Source of the DNA: Octopus vulgaris
Lineage: Eukaryota
NCBI GenBank assembly: GCA_951406725.2
Contig: OX597820.1
Location: 71,672,001 to 71,736,000, forward strand
Length of the DNA stretch: 64,000 bases
Reading direction: 5' to 3'
The notes under the pieces were generated by a model. It saw only the letters and a program-made list of their open reading frames with translations. It had not been told where the DNA came from and made no database searches. The position numbers and the translations under genes were made by a program. How positions within the stretch are numbered: the first letter of the stretch is position 1; every line of letters starts with the position of its first letter. Positions 1-13,229 of this stretch are shown here, piece by piece.

Positions 1-149
1 AGGAATGTAAACAAATAAACACCTGTTGTCAAGTGGTGGTGGTGGATAAATGCACACAGAAATATATATATATATATATATATATAGGTATGTATCATTG
101 GCGATTTTCTTTCTCTATCTTCCCTTCCTTGGACTTTCCTTTTTTCTAT

Positions 150-184
150 ATTTCTGACGAAGAGCTCTGCTCGAAATGTTAAAC
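150..184 (+). ncRNA. Minimal type I hammerhead ribozyme motif (PLE type), one substitution in helix III
   Basis: ttt CTGACGA a gagc-tct-gctc GAAA tgtt aaa: CUGANGA core, 4-bp stem II, GAAA; ACGU has decayed to AUGU. Confidence 0.7.
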
Positions 185-359
185 CCTCCTTCTTTCTTTC
201 CTTTCCTGAGCGTCCAATAACACTATACTTGTTCCACATCCTTGCGTTGTTGTGTTTTCTCTTTGTTCATGTTTGGATTAACTATATATATATATATAAC
301 TATAGTGAGGAACAAGTATAGTGCTATTGGACGCTCAGGAAAGGAAAGAAAGAAGGAGG

Positions 360-394
360 ATTTAATGTTTCGAGCGGAGTTCTTTGTCAGAAAC
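360..394 (-). ncRNA. Degenerate minimal hammerhead motif (inverted partner of 150-184)
   Basis: The reverse complement reads gttt CTGACAA a gaac-tcc-gctc GAAACATT aaat. The consensus of both copies is an intact gttt-CUGACGA-a-gagc-ucy-gcuc-GAAACGUU-aaac. Confidence 0.6.
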
Positions 395-461
395 ATAGAA
401 AAAGAACAGGTCCAAGGAAGGGAAGACGGACAAAGAAAATCGCCAACGATACACACACGGT

Positions 462-499
<38 letters not shown>

Positions 500-3399
500 G
501 AGAGAGAGAGAGAGAGAGATGATGGGCTTCTTTCAGTTCACTACTCCAAAATCCACAAAATCTACTCACAAGGTTTTGACTGGCTTGGGGCTACAGTAGA
601 AAACACTTGCCAAAGTTGCTATGCCAAGGCTCCCTGTTCAGTCCCATTGAACCTGAAATCAATGTTGCTGAGGAGCAAACGTCTTACCATACAACTATGC
701 TTGAGCCTATGTAAAAAGTGAGATGCTTACACCAAGAAAAATATTTTACATACACCTTTCAAAACTTATTTTCCTTTATTTAATTGATGCATTCAGATAC
801 CAACAGCTGGTTATTTCTTTCAACAGTATAAATTTAATGAATTTATATGATTTAATAAACATTGGATAGCCTTCTGGTGTAGCAAGAACATAAAGGCTGG
901 ATATGAATAATTATATTACACTGAAAGGCAATGAAATAAATAAGTAGCCTTGCAGGATTTATCTACATCTCTATGTGTAGAATTTCAGAGAAGCTGGTCT
1001 CCTAGCAACATTGCTTGCCTCAGAGCTTGAAGACTCAAGTATCACATATTTGAGAAAGTTAAAAAAGACACCAGTGAAGAGTGTAACTGATGAAAAACAT
1101 TGGCGATTGTTGACAGAAAACACAAAAGATTGGTTTAATGGAAAACCAAATAAAGAAACTGGCTGTGTGAGAGGAAAGAAAATCATGGTATACTAGAAAT
1201 ATAGATTGGGAGTCATCAGAAGATTAGCAGAACAAAATGTTGTGTATTGATGATGGCAATGAAAGTGATTATTTGAAAGGTCAAATATAAATATATAAGT
1301 TCAAATAAAGTAAACAATATTTATCTTATTTGTTTTGATTCAAATACTGCCAGGAGGTGTTTAATAGAAGTGCTAGTAGAAGATCATTAGAAAAAATAGT
1401 TTTCAGCAGACAACCACATAAATATTATGAAAGAAAACGTGTATGTAAAAGAATTAATTGAATGTTATCAGTCACACCAATAAAGTAATAAGTGCAAATA
1501 AGCTTTAAAAAACAATTATCTTTCTTACCTTATCTCAAGAGAATGTTAAAACAAGCAACTATTATTATCTTGATATCAGAGATGTGAGAATAGTTCAGAT
1601 ATATGTTAAATAGTAACCTCTTGAACAAGAATGACGAACCTTGTTAAGTGAATTGTGTCTATGAAGGAATGCAGCTTATATTCAATTACAGCTGCCTCAA
1701 TAGATGTTACAAATTTAAACATAGACGGAATTTTACATGTGGACCAGAGCTTCCATCATCCTGAAACTTTTATTCTAAGATGGAAAGAATTTTGGTTCCA
1801 ATTTTTAAAAAATTTCTTATATTCTACAATATTCATACTTATACCTTGTTCTAATTTATAAAATTAAAAGAAAAGGCAAATCATTCAAATTAGAGTTATA
1901 ATATTCATTGAATAAAGATAATTTTATATCAATTAATTATAGATTTCATTATATAAATAAGTCTGAGATATGGAAAAGTAAAGGTCGTCTTATGTAAAAT
2001 AATTGAGTGACAATTTAATTTCGCTTACCCCTTGTACATATCTTAATTACAGAAATTGCTAAAATTAAGGCATATTTAATCATTCACTCCAACATATAGT
2101 GACCAGTATCTATGTTCTGTATATGCATGTGGTTAATGCATAATTTTTTTGCCTGAAAACCTTTGAAAATGACGCACCAGAGTTTTAAACTTATTCTCCT
2201 CAATACAAATAATTTCTTTTCAACAATAAATGCAAATACATGAAATGTAAAGAAAAAAAGTCTGTTACTGTCAGTTTATCCTAATATCTCAATCAAAGTT
2301 TATTATCTCTTTTTTACACTTCTCTTTTAAGTTCACTTCACAAGTCAAGGTTACAAAATCTAAGTAAGAACAATAAAACATTTCCTTTTCTATTATGCAT
2401 ACCAAAGTAAATTTTACAGCCATTAGAGACATACCAGTTTTTCACTTCTTTAATCTTTATTGCCTTCTGCTTGGATGCCTTCAATCTAATGGAAGAATAT
2501 CTAGTCTTTGCTATGGAATATATGCACCTGAATTGCAAGTTGTGTAAAAGAGTTGAAACTTTAGGAGATAAAAACTATAGCAGTAAAGAAGATAATAACT
2601 ACATTTAAAAAAATTCAAAGTAAGCATTATCATAGCAGTTTATTAAATAGGATAGCCAAAATTGCAAATTTTTCAACTCTGGGCATTAGAAGAAAAAGAA
2701 AAAGAAACTTCAAACTGCATGTTTATATGCTTTCTTTTGTAATTGAGAAGTGTTATTGTCATCCTAAAAATTCATGTCATTGATAATGAAAGGTTTAGCA
2801 TAAAGCTTCAATTATTTAATTGAAGTAATTAAAAGCAGCCTAATTTGTTAATGTTCTGAACTATTAGTTTGTTTCATTCAGTCCAGTAAAACTTTGCAAA
2901 TGAGGTCAGAATAGACCAAAACATGCCTAGAGTTGTCTGATAGTTGCTGAAAAAAAAAACACTCAATGACTAAGGTCTTACTTTTCCCATTGCATATTTA
3001 TTTCTAGTTAGCTTTTTAATGCTTCATGCATTAACTATACTTGCACTAACTCACCCATTGACTGGAGCTGATAATACGGAATCTTACTCTTGCTTTTCTA
3101 TTGAGTCTGCTTTTAGAACACATTACTTTATCGACCTCTTTAAATCTTTAAATCTAAATGGAAAAAAGATATTGTTTCACTTTTATAGTTGGGTGGTTAG
3201 TCTTTGAAGCTCCATTCACTTTGTGAATGTTTGCCACAACAAATAACTTCAGAGCTATCCACTCTATAAAAATAAAGGATATGAAATTATCTTAACAGTT
3301 CCATATATACTTAATTTTCAATTATAAAAGTATCAATATAATGGTTTTATTGTAGAAGAAATTTTACTAATATGTTAAGGCTTTATTTTTGTTATTTAG

Positions 3400-5300
3400 C
3401 CCAACGAGCTAGAACATTGCATTTTGCTCTTGCAGAATCAGACAAGAAAATCATGTATTTATTATTCAGCTTGAACTTTTCCAGGATAGGGAGGTAAATT
3501 CAGAAGGTTGCAGTACTCAGTCTATGTAGGCTTTTTAAAATGGTTCATATTGATATGAATAATGTTTGGCTTGAACTTCTGTTGGATAACACATACTGTC
3601 TAAAGGTAGGATGGGAAATAACACCATGGAGTTGCAACTCTCATGAGAAATGATAGGGCAAAATTTTGCAGAGAGAGTATGCAATGTTGTAATAGAGTTA
3701 GAAAAGACAGAGAAAGAGTAATATATTTATGGGTCAGCAGATGTATTGAATTAATTCATGACTCTTTGCTTATTAGATAAGTTGCATTCTTTTAGATTTA
3801 GTTTAGGATGCTTGTGTGTGTAATACAAGTGTTACAATATGGGTTGTGACAGAAATTTAAAGTGGGTGAGAATCAGAGTAGAAGAATTTTCTGGTCCCAA
3901 GATAATGTCTTCTTTTTGTGTTGAAATATTGCATATGTGGGCAGAGATTATCTGAGATTGTAAAGCTTATGAGTTATAATAACTATGAGAACTTTGTGTC
4001 TCATTCATGTGCTGAGAAGATATTATGAAATATTTCTTTCATATGTGTGATATTTGTGCCATGACATTGCTGAAGTAAACTAGGTTGTTATTTATTTATT
4101 AAAAGATATTTTCAAGGTGTTTTTTCATGGAAATAATGCAGATATAGCATGTCTGGATTATATGTGGATGGTGCTTGTATGTAGAAGGTTACACAGAAGT
4201 GCATTACATCATAATCTTCATAAGATTGTGTGTGGTTAGAGAGAATAGAAATGGATCATTAGTGTACAAGAGGAATGGTTAGAGACAAAACAGAAATAGG
4301 GGTGTGACTGGGTTGATAGAATGGAGTTAAAAAAGAAAAACTCTTCTCAGTGCAAGCTGCTCTGGATTATTCTGACAGCAAATGTTTGATCTGAAGATAG
4401 AAAATGGACAGAGCTCATATATGAGCAGCTTAACTATAGGGTTAGCATGTTAATCAAGGGAAAGGCTTTTTTATTGTCAAATGCAGCAACATTGCTTTTG
4501 TCAAGAAAGATTACTTTTAAGCATTGGCTTACAAAAGAGGAGACCAAGTTTCCAACAGACCTGGCTCTGTTGAAGTTGTTCTAGTAATTACTAAAGGGGG
4601 CGGAGAGAAAGAGTGGGAGGGAGGAAGAGAGAGAGACTGAGGCTGATGAAAGAGCTACTTGTTTATGGTTTTCTATTAATTTATCATAAGTAACAATGAT
4701 AGAATAATGTTTGGCTGGTCAAAGAGGTTGCTTTTCAGAGGAATGAGACAATGTCACATGCATCCATAGGTTCAAATAGATTCCTATAGAGGAGATTGAA
4801 GAATTTCATGTGAATGAAAATTAACTGTACCGAATGCTTAATGGATAGGATGCTGTCGGTTATGGTTGCCTTGTTAGGTTAAAGAGAATTTCAGGTAGTC
4901 TTCACACATGTAACTGAGTGTACTTTGAGAGAAAGCTGATGTGTATAAACACAGTTTGAAAGCAGTTTTATTGTATGTGTGCTGTGTAGACTTAGAAGCA
5001 AAATGGGAAACTAATGTGGTGGGTTTATCAGAAGGAACACTGCATTTTATTTGAGGAGTGGTGAGTAGGAAGATTCTATGATGCTAATACAAATTTTACA
5101 GCTTGGGGTTGGAGATGAGAGTTTGCAAGGCTGTGAAATACTTCAAAATATATTTTGCTTTTCTAATGGTCATCATGCCTGTGTTGTAGTGGTCAGTAAA
5201 CATTTCCCATTAGGTTTAAAGACTAGAATAATCAATGGATCCCTCTTTTTGTAGGGTGTATAGATGAAAGTGGGGAAACAATAGACACTAACTGAACTGA
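3400..5300 (-). mobile_element. Very degenerate LINE ORF2 fossil (CR1/L2/Jockey-like RT region)
   Basis: Minus-strand remnants occur in RT order: 'LGPENSSTLILTHF' (like PGPDNISP.ILKH, about 3860-3905), an ADP*/NYRPISL-like stretch (about 3710-3745), and a 'KKAY' (DFxKAFD-like) stretch at about 3525-3540. Many stops. Confidence 0.45.
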
Positions 5301-5486
5301 GGAAAGACATTCATGATCAAATTTATGAATATGAAGCAAATGGGGATAAAGAAAAAAAATAGAAAGTGATTAAATGAAACACTCACACATCGTGGATTAC
5401 TTAATTATAGAAATTGCAAAATGTTGAAATACGCCATAATATTTGGAAAGATATTTTATAAGCCTGTGTAAAATTAAAACAAAGAA

Positions 5487-5929
5487 GCATGGCTGTGTGG
5501 TTAAGAAGCTCACTTTGCAACCATGTGAATTTGGGTTCAGTTCCACTGCATGTCACCTTGGCAGGTGTCTTCTATTATAGCCCTGGGCAGACCAATGTCT
5601 TGTGAGTGAATTTGATTGATTGAAACTCCGTGGAAGCCTGTCATATATAAATATATCCATATATGTGAGTCTGTATCAGTGTTTGTCCTTGCCACCTCTT
5701 GACAACCGTTGTTGGTTTGTTTATATTTCATTACTTAGTAGTTTGGCAAAAGCAAACAATAGGCACAAGTTTGGCTGCATGGTAAGTAGTTTGCTTCCCA
5801 ACTACATGGTTTTGGCAGGTTCAAACCTACTGCATGGCACCTTGAGCGAGTGTCTTCTTCTATAGCCTCAAATTGACCAAAGCCTTGTGAGTGAATTTGG
5901 TTGACAGAAACTGAAATAAGCAGATTGTG

Positions 5930-5964
<35 letters not shown>

Positions 5965-6170
5965 TATTGTGTTTGTTCCTGATCAATGCTTGACAATTGG
6001 TGTTGGTGTGTTTACATCCAAGTAACTTAGCTGTTTAGCAAAAAAGACTGATAGAATAAGTAATAGATTTGAAAATAAGCAATGGTTGCAATCTGTTCCG
6101 CTAAAACCCGTGAATATGGTGCCCCAGCATGACTGCAGCTGAATGAGAGAAACAAGTAAAAGGTAAAAGA
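5487..6170 (+). mobile_element. Two adjacent tRNA-derived SINEs (family A): about 5487-5760 and 5770-6170
   Basis: A-box-like tggctgtgtggttaag and B-box-like ggttcagttcc / ggttcaaacc, then caccttg..gtgtcttctattatagcc, an internal (TA)(TG)n, and a tail ccccagcatgactgcag...aaacaagtaaaag. Confidence 0.85.
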
Positions 6171-6179
6171 GGAATCAGT

Positions 6180-7340
6180 GACTCAGCTATTAAACCAAGG
6201 GCTCTAAATTGGTGTCCCTGGTGTAGGCAGCGCTTTTCACTTTTACTGCTACTAGACAACTTTAAGTGAACTAGTTGGGCATTTAAGTCTGTGGACAATT
6301 TCTATGTAAGTAATGAAGAGCGAAATACCTTGGAGTATTGTTCTAATCTCTTGCATAGCTGTGTTATATGGATGAGGATTAAAGCATATCATTTGCTGCT
6401 GGTTATTCTGTATAGAACTGTTGAAGGTGTGACTAATTAGCTGATCTGAAATACTGTTGAGTAGTGTTTCTCAACCATTTTTCACCTACGGACACCTGTG
6501 ATTCTTATTTTACTCAGATGTACCCTCCAAGTCATTCGATATTAAAAAAAAATCATATAATATTTTTATAATTAAGTATTAAGAGTTGTTAAAAAAAAAT
6601 TGCTTAAATATTTTGTGTATCATAGAAGTATAACTAATTTATTGCTGATAAATTCTAACAACAAAATCTGATATGGATCCTCAAGGGCTTTGTGAACCCT
6701 GGTTGAGAACTACTGATGTAGAGTTTCAATGTTAGGAGCTGTGTGGTAGAAAATCATGAAGTGTGTTAGCATGGTTAACAGTTATCAGATGATCCTTTGA
6801 GGCTACAGTTAGTGATGGTTAGACTTGGCAAGGGGGTATTTGGAGGCAAGAAAGATTTGTAGAATATTCAGACAGTTTATGTGTAGTCAAAATATGGGTA
6901 TATATGTCACTGAGGAGGATGACTGAAAAGAGTGAGGCAAAGTGAGATAGTTAATTCCAATGCTAATGAGATCTTGTCAAACAAATTGCTACAAGCTGGA
7001 GAATTTTGGAGAGCAGTGAAGGCAGCAGATAAAACTAGAAAGAATGCTTTTAGCCTAAGAAATTGAAAGACTTTGAAATGATATTCACAATGTGTGGTGA
7101 GTTCTTGTAAGAGTAGATTCTGTATTGGCACATATTCAAAGTTTAAGCCTTACTATATTACGTGATCACCATCAAAGCTCATCAGAATTCATGAAGCCGA
7201 GTATTTGCAGAAAATATAAAGAGTTTTGTGGAGTTGCTCAACAAAGGTGATGGTGTAGTGTTGTAGGTTTCCCTGATCTGTAGTTGGGATGTCTTAGTGC
7301 TGTTGAATGAGACAATGTTGAAACACCCTTTGTTGCTTGC
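6180..7340 (-). mobile_element. Second degenerate LINE RT fossil, interrupted by a hAT MITE
   Basis: Minus strand shows 'PNYR..' and 'SPLLSNSTKL' (NYRPISLLS..SKL-like, about 7220-7292), 'ISKSF' (ISKAFD-like, about 7060-7080) and 'LTLF' near 6925-6940. Confidence 0.45.
6462..6715. mobile_element. hAT/Charlie-type MITE (about 254 bp)
   Basis: TIRs tagtgtttctcaacc ... ggttgagaactactg (MER5/Charlie-like). The 8-bp flanks ctgttgag / atgtagag match at 6 of 8 positions. A second copy in the opposite orientation is at 26170. Confidence 0.75.
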
Positions 7341-9339
7341 ACAATTCCTGCATTTAATATCAATCAGCTATACTTGAATATTAGATAGGAGATGAAATTT
7401 GGGAATATATGTATGTATATTGTTTAAATGTACAGAAAGAGTGTTTTTAAAGGTGCTGGATAAACTGTAAGGGAAATGTTCAATATGAAACTCTTTCTCA
7501 GTGTTTGAAACAAATTATTGATATTAAACATAAGATTATGAATAGTACTTTTTCTAAGGAATCATTCTATTTATGTTTCCATGGAAACATGATTATAGAA
7601 AATGTAGAAAATGTACAGGCTTTTGCATTGCAAAATAATATTATTGATCTCTTGGGTCACTGAGAAATGGGATGGTGCATAGATTTCCAAATATAAGCCT
7701 GCCAGGTAGATGATATAAATGAGTAGATAATGCTAAAATTGAATTTCTACACTTATGACACATTAGGAAAATCAGTAATAAGAAATGTACATGTGCACAT
7801 GTTCAAACAATATCTGAAATATTTCCAATGTTTTGATAACTCATAATCATAGTCATTGTCTTTTGTTCTAGAAGAAATATTTCCTCTTTTGTCTATGTTC
7901 TCTCACAGTTTTTTGCAGTAATTATGAATTGTGGCTTGTAAACAGATTTAGTAACCACATTTAGGATATAAATAACAAATATTTCTGTTATAAACTTGGA
8001 ATATATTTCTATAAAAATATCTGAACTGTATATTATTTATAAGTCAATGAAATAACATAAGAAGTAAGCTTATAAAAATGCTTTTTATACCATAATTCTT
8101 TTTAATATGGAACTTTTAAGCTTGCAAAATCAATATATTTATATTCTTTCTTCTGTCTACTATATTTCCCCTTGAATCTCAGAAATGGTTATTCTGACAA
8201 CATCTTAATAGCTATTTAAATTAATTGTCTTTAGCTTTTGTGAATGAACAATATATTCATTAAAAAGCCGGTTTAGTTTTTCTTAAACAGTTTAATGTAA
8301 CAGCACTGTTCTTTCTAAACTCTGTTCTGTTATCAACAGTTATGTGAACAGTAATCAGTTATACATGGCATAAGGTGGACCAAGAGTAGTTATTAACAAT
8401 AAGGTTTTCAATGTTTCCATATTTCATGATAAAATGTTTTGTGTATGGCACTAAATGTTTGCAAAATTGTTTGTGAACTAAATGTTATCCCTCTCATAAC
8501 AATCATGTTTCTCTTCAGCTGCCAACTAGTTTCTTCATGTGTATCTCTTTAATATCATTGCTTCGTAGATCTGATAGTTAATTGGATAGGCCTACTTATG
8601 CTGACAAATGGTTTTTGTCAGAGCAGAAAAACAGTAGTATAAGAAGTGATATTGCTACAATATTCAGATAGTAAAAGTAAAAAGTAGTATTATAATTTTA
8701 AAAGATAACAAAATAAAAAAGACATAAATCATTTACTACTTGTTTAATGGAAAGTTAGGTGTGAAACTGTGATTGAATTAAATATGCTGCAAAACATATT
8801 TGTCTGCTTTTTTCATTGTGAAGGGACATAAAATGAGATTATAAGTTCTAGCACTTTACAAACATCATGATTATTGTTGCAGTTGGCAATGAAGATCAGT
8901 TTAGCATATCTTAAACTCAAGAATTAATTAAACTGTATGAATTGGTTTATTTTAACAAAATCTTATTTCTGTAAAAGGAAATCCTAATTTTAATTGAAAT
9001 GAAATAAACTTTTTTGAAATACCATTTAAGAAATGTTTGATTCCAGTGGTATACACATTTAAGAATCTATTAATGATATATTTATAACAAGGACAACGAT
9101 GAATTTGATTCTAATAAAATCAATTTTGTATATTTATATATTGAGACTAGATCTCCCTTATTTTTGTCCATTCCTCATCAGACCTTAATTCATTTAAGGA
9201 AACTATACAACCAAAATAGTTGGGACAGCACCAGTTCAGAACTAATAACCCAGCTAGGGATTTTATGCATGTCCCAATTCATGAAGCATTATGGGAAGTA
9301 TTATGGTATATTGCAACTTTTTTATAATTTGATATAATT

Positions 9340-9531
9340 AAGTGTGCTGGTGCTGGTGCTACATAAAAATCACTCAGTACATTCTGTTAAGTGGTTGGTG
9401 TTAGGAAGGGCATCCAACTGTAAAAACCAAGCCTAAACAGACTAGAGAACTTGGTGTGCTTTGCTAGCTCCTGTCAAACCATCCAACCCATGCTGGCATG
9501 GTAAAAGGACATTACACGATGATGATGATGA
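9340..9531 (+). mobile_element. RTE LINE 3' tail fragment ending in (GAT)n
   Basis: gtggttggtgttaggaagggcatccaactgtaaaaacc...ccatccaacccatgctggcatgg...gatgatgatg. The same tail is physically joined to RTE ORF2 at 17 kb and 24-25 kb. Confidence 0.8.
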
Positions 9532-9989
9532 AGTAATATAGAATCAGTCATTTGTGAAAGCTTCTTTTCTTGTTTCTTTCATTCTTTCTCCCTCCTTGCT
9601 TCTTTCCCTCCATCATTCTTGATCAAATAAAATCAGTAGATTTTCCCCAGGTTATGTCAGCATATATTGTATCAACACTTTCATCGAGATGCCTTACAAA
9701 AGGAAGAATCCATATATTATTTTTATTCTTCAGATCCAAATTATGTTTTAGACCTAAATCAATGTTATATTTTCCAGGAATAGTGTTCTTGGAACTAACA
9801 GTTTAAACCTATTTTGTCATTAAATCTCCATTTTAATGTGAAATCAGTACCTATTTAAGTATTAATAAAAAAAATTCTAACATCTTAATGTTATATTATA
9901 GTTGTTGATGCAATAAGCTGTGTAGGATTGCAATAAGTTATCATAATTGAGTTATAATTTAATCATGTTCCTCTTATTTTAAATTTATA

Positions 9990-10310
9990 TTCTCTTTTAC
10001 TCTTTTCCTTCAGTCGTTGCTTTGTGGCCATGTAGGAGCACTAATATGTAGGCTAGTCAAACAAATCAATTAAATATTTATTTTAAGCCTGGTATTTTTA
10101 TCCCTTTATCTTAGTGGTTTAGCCCATGAGATTAACAGAGTTGATCTCTTGTGCTAAACCACTAAGATAAAGGGATAAAAACAAACCAGCACCTGTTAAG
10201 TAGTGGGTTGGTCAAACACTAAGGCATGTTGGGTTTCCACATGGCTTCCACTCTACCAAATTCACTCACTAGGCATTAATTGGCCCAGGGCTTTAATAGA
10301 GGACACTATG
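9990..10310 (-). mobile_element. Degenerate family A SINE
   Basis: ttttactcttttccttcagtc..gtggccatgtaggagcac ... ctctaccaaattcactcactaggc..ggcccagggctttaatagaggacac. Confidence 0.7.
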
Positions 10311-12275
10311 TTTTGATCATTTATTGATATCCTAGTTTCTTTAATTGTATGTATCACAGTTTGCTGAATTTTCTTGATGTAATAAATTGTTGTCTTAAAA
10401 GTGTTCATAAATTCTAATCATACACATTAACTGAGAGAATTGGATTTTTCATTTAATGACAAATTGAAAAAAAAAATACAAGTTCCGTAAACCTTTTTTT
10501 AGGAGATTTAACAGAATCATTCAAATTTACTAATGAATATTCAAATTTAAAGACAAATTCAAACGTAATGTAAGAGAAGATTGCTAAAATTATTCTTTGA
10601 AACAACAAATGCAAAAATAATCTGAATCTCCGTTTTTAAGGTAAACCATAACATTATTTGCTGGTTTTGCATCATTATTCCTTGCAGAATTCTAATTCTT
10701 TATTCTCTTTTATCAAATATTGTTATCTTGTCTCTTCTGCTCAGTGCTGGTTGTAAATCAAATCACCCACACACATAATATATTTACTTGCGTGTATGTG
10801 TATATATATATATATTCATGACAATTGGTGTAATTAGAATTCTCATATCAACATTGGAGTTGCTGTCACTGAGATCTGAAATTACATTTTATTGTTACAG
10901 TGCATTACTAGTTATTAATATGATATTATTGGATCTCTTTTTTTTTTTTAATGAATATTATGCCATATTAAGTGAGAAACATACTGCAGGGAATCAAACA
11001 CACAAAATACTCCACTGAATGCTAAAAACCATTATTCTTAATGACAGTCGTAACAATCTGTATTTAGATTGATGATGTATATTAGTCATATGGAAATATT
11101 GCAAACCTTATTCAAGTGAATTAACTGCTTTCAAAATCATTGTAAGTGCTTTAAATGTAAAATAAATATAATCAGAAGCCTGACAATTATCTCTCAGAAT
11201 AAGCTATGTGCCAATAATCTTTTTCGCTTGTTTTAAGTTTCTTATCTAGGTTTTGAAAATATTTCAATGTGTAACTATAGCAATATCTATCTTTCCTCAG
11301 TATAAGGTTACACAAATAATCAGCTAACATGGTAAATTTAATTCCCAGTCAATCAAGTCTGCAAATTGGTTTTGATTCCCTGTTATAGTTATTTCATAGT
11401 ATTCATGGTGCTATGATGAACTGACATTTAATTACTGCTATTTGAAATTCTTAAATGTCATGAGTTCCAATTCTATCTTCTACTGCAGTCAGCCATACTG
11501 ACAATCCATTTATGGATACATTTGATTATAAAAATTCAAGTAACTGATTCTATTTATTGAATTAGTGCAGAGTATAAATACATATTTATCTTCATGCAAA
11601 TGACAGCAATTCATGGCAGGAGAGATCAAAATACCTCACTGCCTACTGGAATGAAAGAGACAACTTGCTGAGCAATTAGATATTAATCTGCATTAATTCT
11701 TTGAATTTCAATATGGATGTTATTGCACATCTAAAATGGTGTCACATTAAAATTTTGCTTGGATCTAATGAAAGATAAACTGACTCATTCAATTAATATA
11801 GCAAGGTAGTTAAATTTAACTTTCACTTTATTGAAATACAAATAGAAATGACCAATAGTATCATCATATCATTTAGTCATATCTATTAGTAATATAACTT
11901 TTAAAAATAAGTTTAAATATCCTTTTTATGATAAGGTATTCTTTGTTTAATTGCACGTATTATTCAATATTTGAATTTTCAATTTCATATCTCATCTTAA
12001 AATTCATATCCCTTCCATGAAAAGCTTTCAAAATTAGTAGCACAGACCACTTCTACTTTCAAAATTAGTTTACCAAAGAAATCAATAAATTACTAGATGC
12101 CTGCTGCCTCAAACTAAATACCGTAATAATATCTTAAAAAAAAAAGAAAAATCTTGAATTTTATCGAAATTGTTGACATTAATATTTTTATTTCTTGGGT
12201 TTATTTTGTATAAAAACTTTTAATGGACATATTAATTTTTTTCTTTCTTAATTAATTAATTTGGGAATCACATAT

Positions 12276-12315
12276 TCTCTGAAGAAACATTAGGAAGACC
12301 AGAAAATGGTTCACT
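12276..12315 (+). ncRNA. Possible degenerate hammerhead motif related to the 21-22 kb family
   Basis: tct CTGAAGA aacattaggaagacca GAAA atggtt aligns without gaps to the 21218-21256 motif (about 70% by eye), but stem II and the palindrome are broken. Confidence 0.3.
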
Positions 12316-12802
12316 CATGATCAGACAAAAATACAACTCACTTAATTTTTAGTAAAAGATGAAGATATCAACATGTCTTAAAATGCATTACTTCACTCTT
12401 TAAGTACTTACTTGCAGACAAAATCTGTTTATGCTGCTATCATAAATCTTTTAGACTTTATTTTCAGTCATCAACTTCACAGCCAAATGTTGGATGCTAT
12501 ATTAGCTTCTTGTGGCTTAATAGCATATTCCATTAGCATTTATTTATTTAGTTTTTGGCTTAATTCACAATATTTCTATTTTCATTTTAATTCTTAATTT
12601 ATATATTGTATTATCATCATAAACATTATAATAAAACAATGTGTATGTATGTGTGTATGTATATATGTATTGTGTGTGTGTTATTTTACTATGCTTGTTT
12701 ATCTTAAACTTCAATTAATTTGTCTTTTACTTTGTAGCTTTATTAACATGGTTCCTGTGTTTCCAGCCATTTTAGTTTTTGATCACCCATGTTAACTGCC
12801 AC

Positions 12803-12870
<68 letters not shown>
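12803..12870. repeat. (TA)n microsatellite
   Basis: Read directly from the sequence. Confidence 0.95.
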
Positions 12871-12875
<5 letters not shown>

Positions 12876-13229
12876 TGAACCTTGTAAGATTAGCTCTATG
12901 GCTTCTTTTATTTGTGTTATGTTTTACTGTGGTTACTTTTGAATGCTGAATTTAGGAATAGGTGTTTTTCTATGATGCATACTCTTAATTCTTCAATTTT
13001 TATCTATGGCTTCTTTTTATCCCTCAAAGCATGATTCGTTTGCTTTTTAAAGATTTTTTGTAATTTGAGTTTGTTTCAGTCTGATATTTTTATATTGATT
13101 TTCTCTTATTATTTTGGATATGTTGAAGGTATTTTTGGTGTCTGTGTATTTGCTCATTTAACACATTCTCTAGGAAGATATAATTGATAATTTATTATTG
13201 TTCATTTTAATAACTTTCCTTATATTTGC

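Larger units (their letters stand above)
91..453. mobile_element. Tail-to-tail inverted pair of Penelope-like element 3' termini (arms about 91-235 and 309-453) around a (TA)n spacer
   Basis: The arms are reverse complements (tgtatcattggcgattttct / agaaaatcgccaacgataca; ctatacttgttcc / ggaacaagtatag). Each arm holds a minimal hammerhead motif. The motif ttcctgagcg is shared with the GIY-YIG-linked element at 57.7-58.8 kb. Confidence 0.7.
1..705 (-). mobile_element. tRNA-derived SINE (family A), split at its internal (TA)n by a Penelope-like inverted pair; SINE pieces at 1-60 and about 520-705
   Basis: 520-705 (gggcttctttcagtt...ctcacaaggttttg...cagtcccattgaacctg...cttaccatacaactatg) is the reverse complement of the SINE heads at 5487 and 5770. 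1-60 matches the post-microsatellite part (gtaaacaaa..cacc.gttgtcaagtggtgg). Confidence 0.75.

Noticed and set aside
990-1200. Possible plus-strand exon (ORF 1011-1196)
   Set aside because: The donor is weak. An alternative frame reads GLMENQIKKLAV*EE, resembling a decayed RTE C-terminus, so an old LINE remnant is more likely. Neither call is firm.
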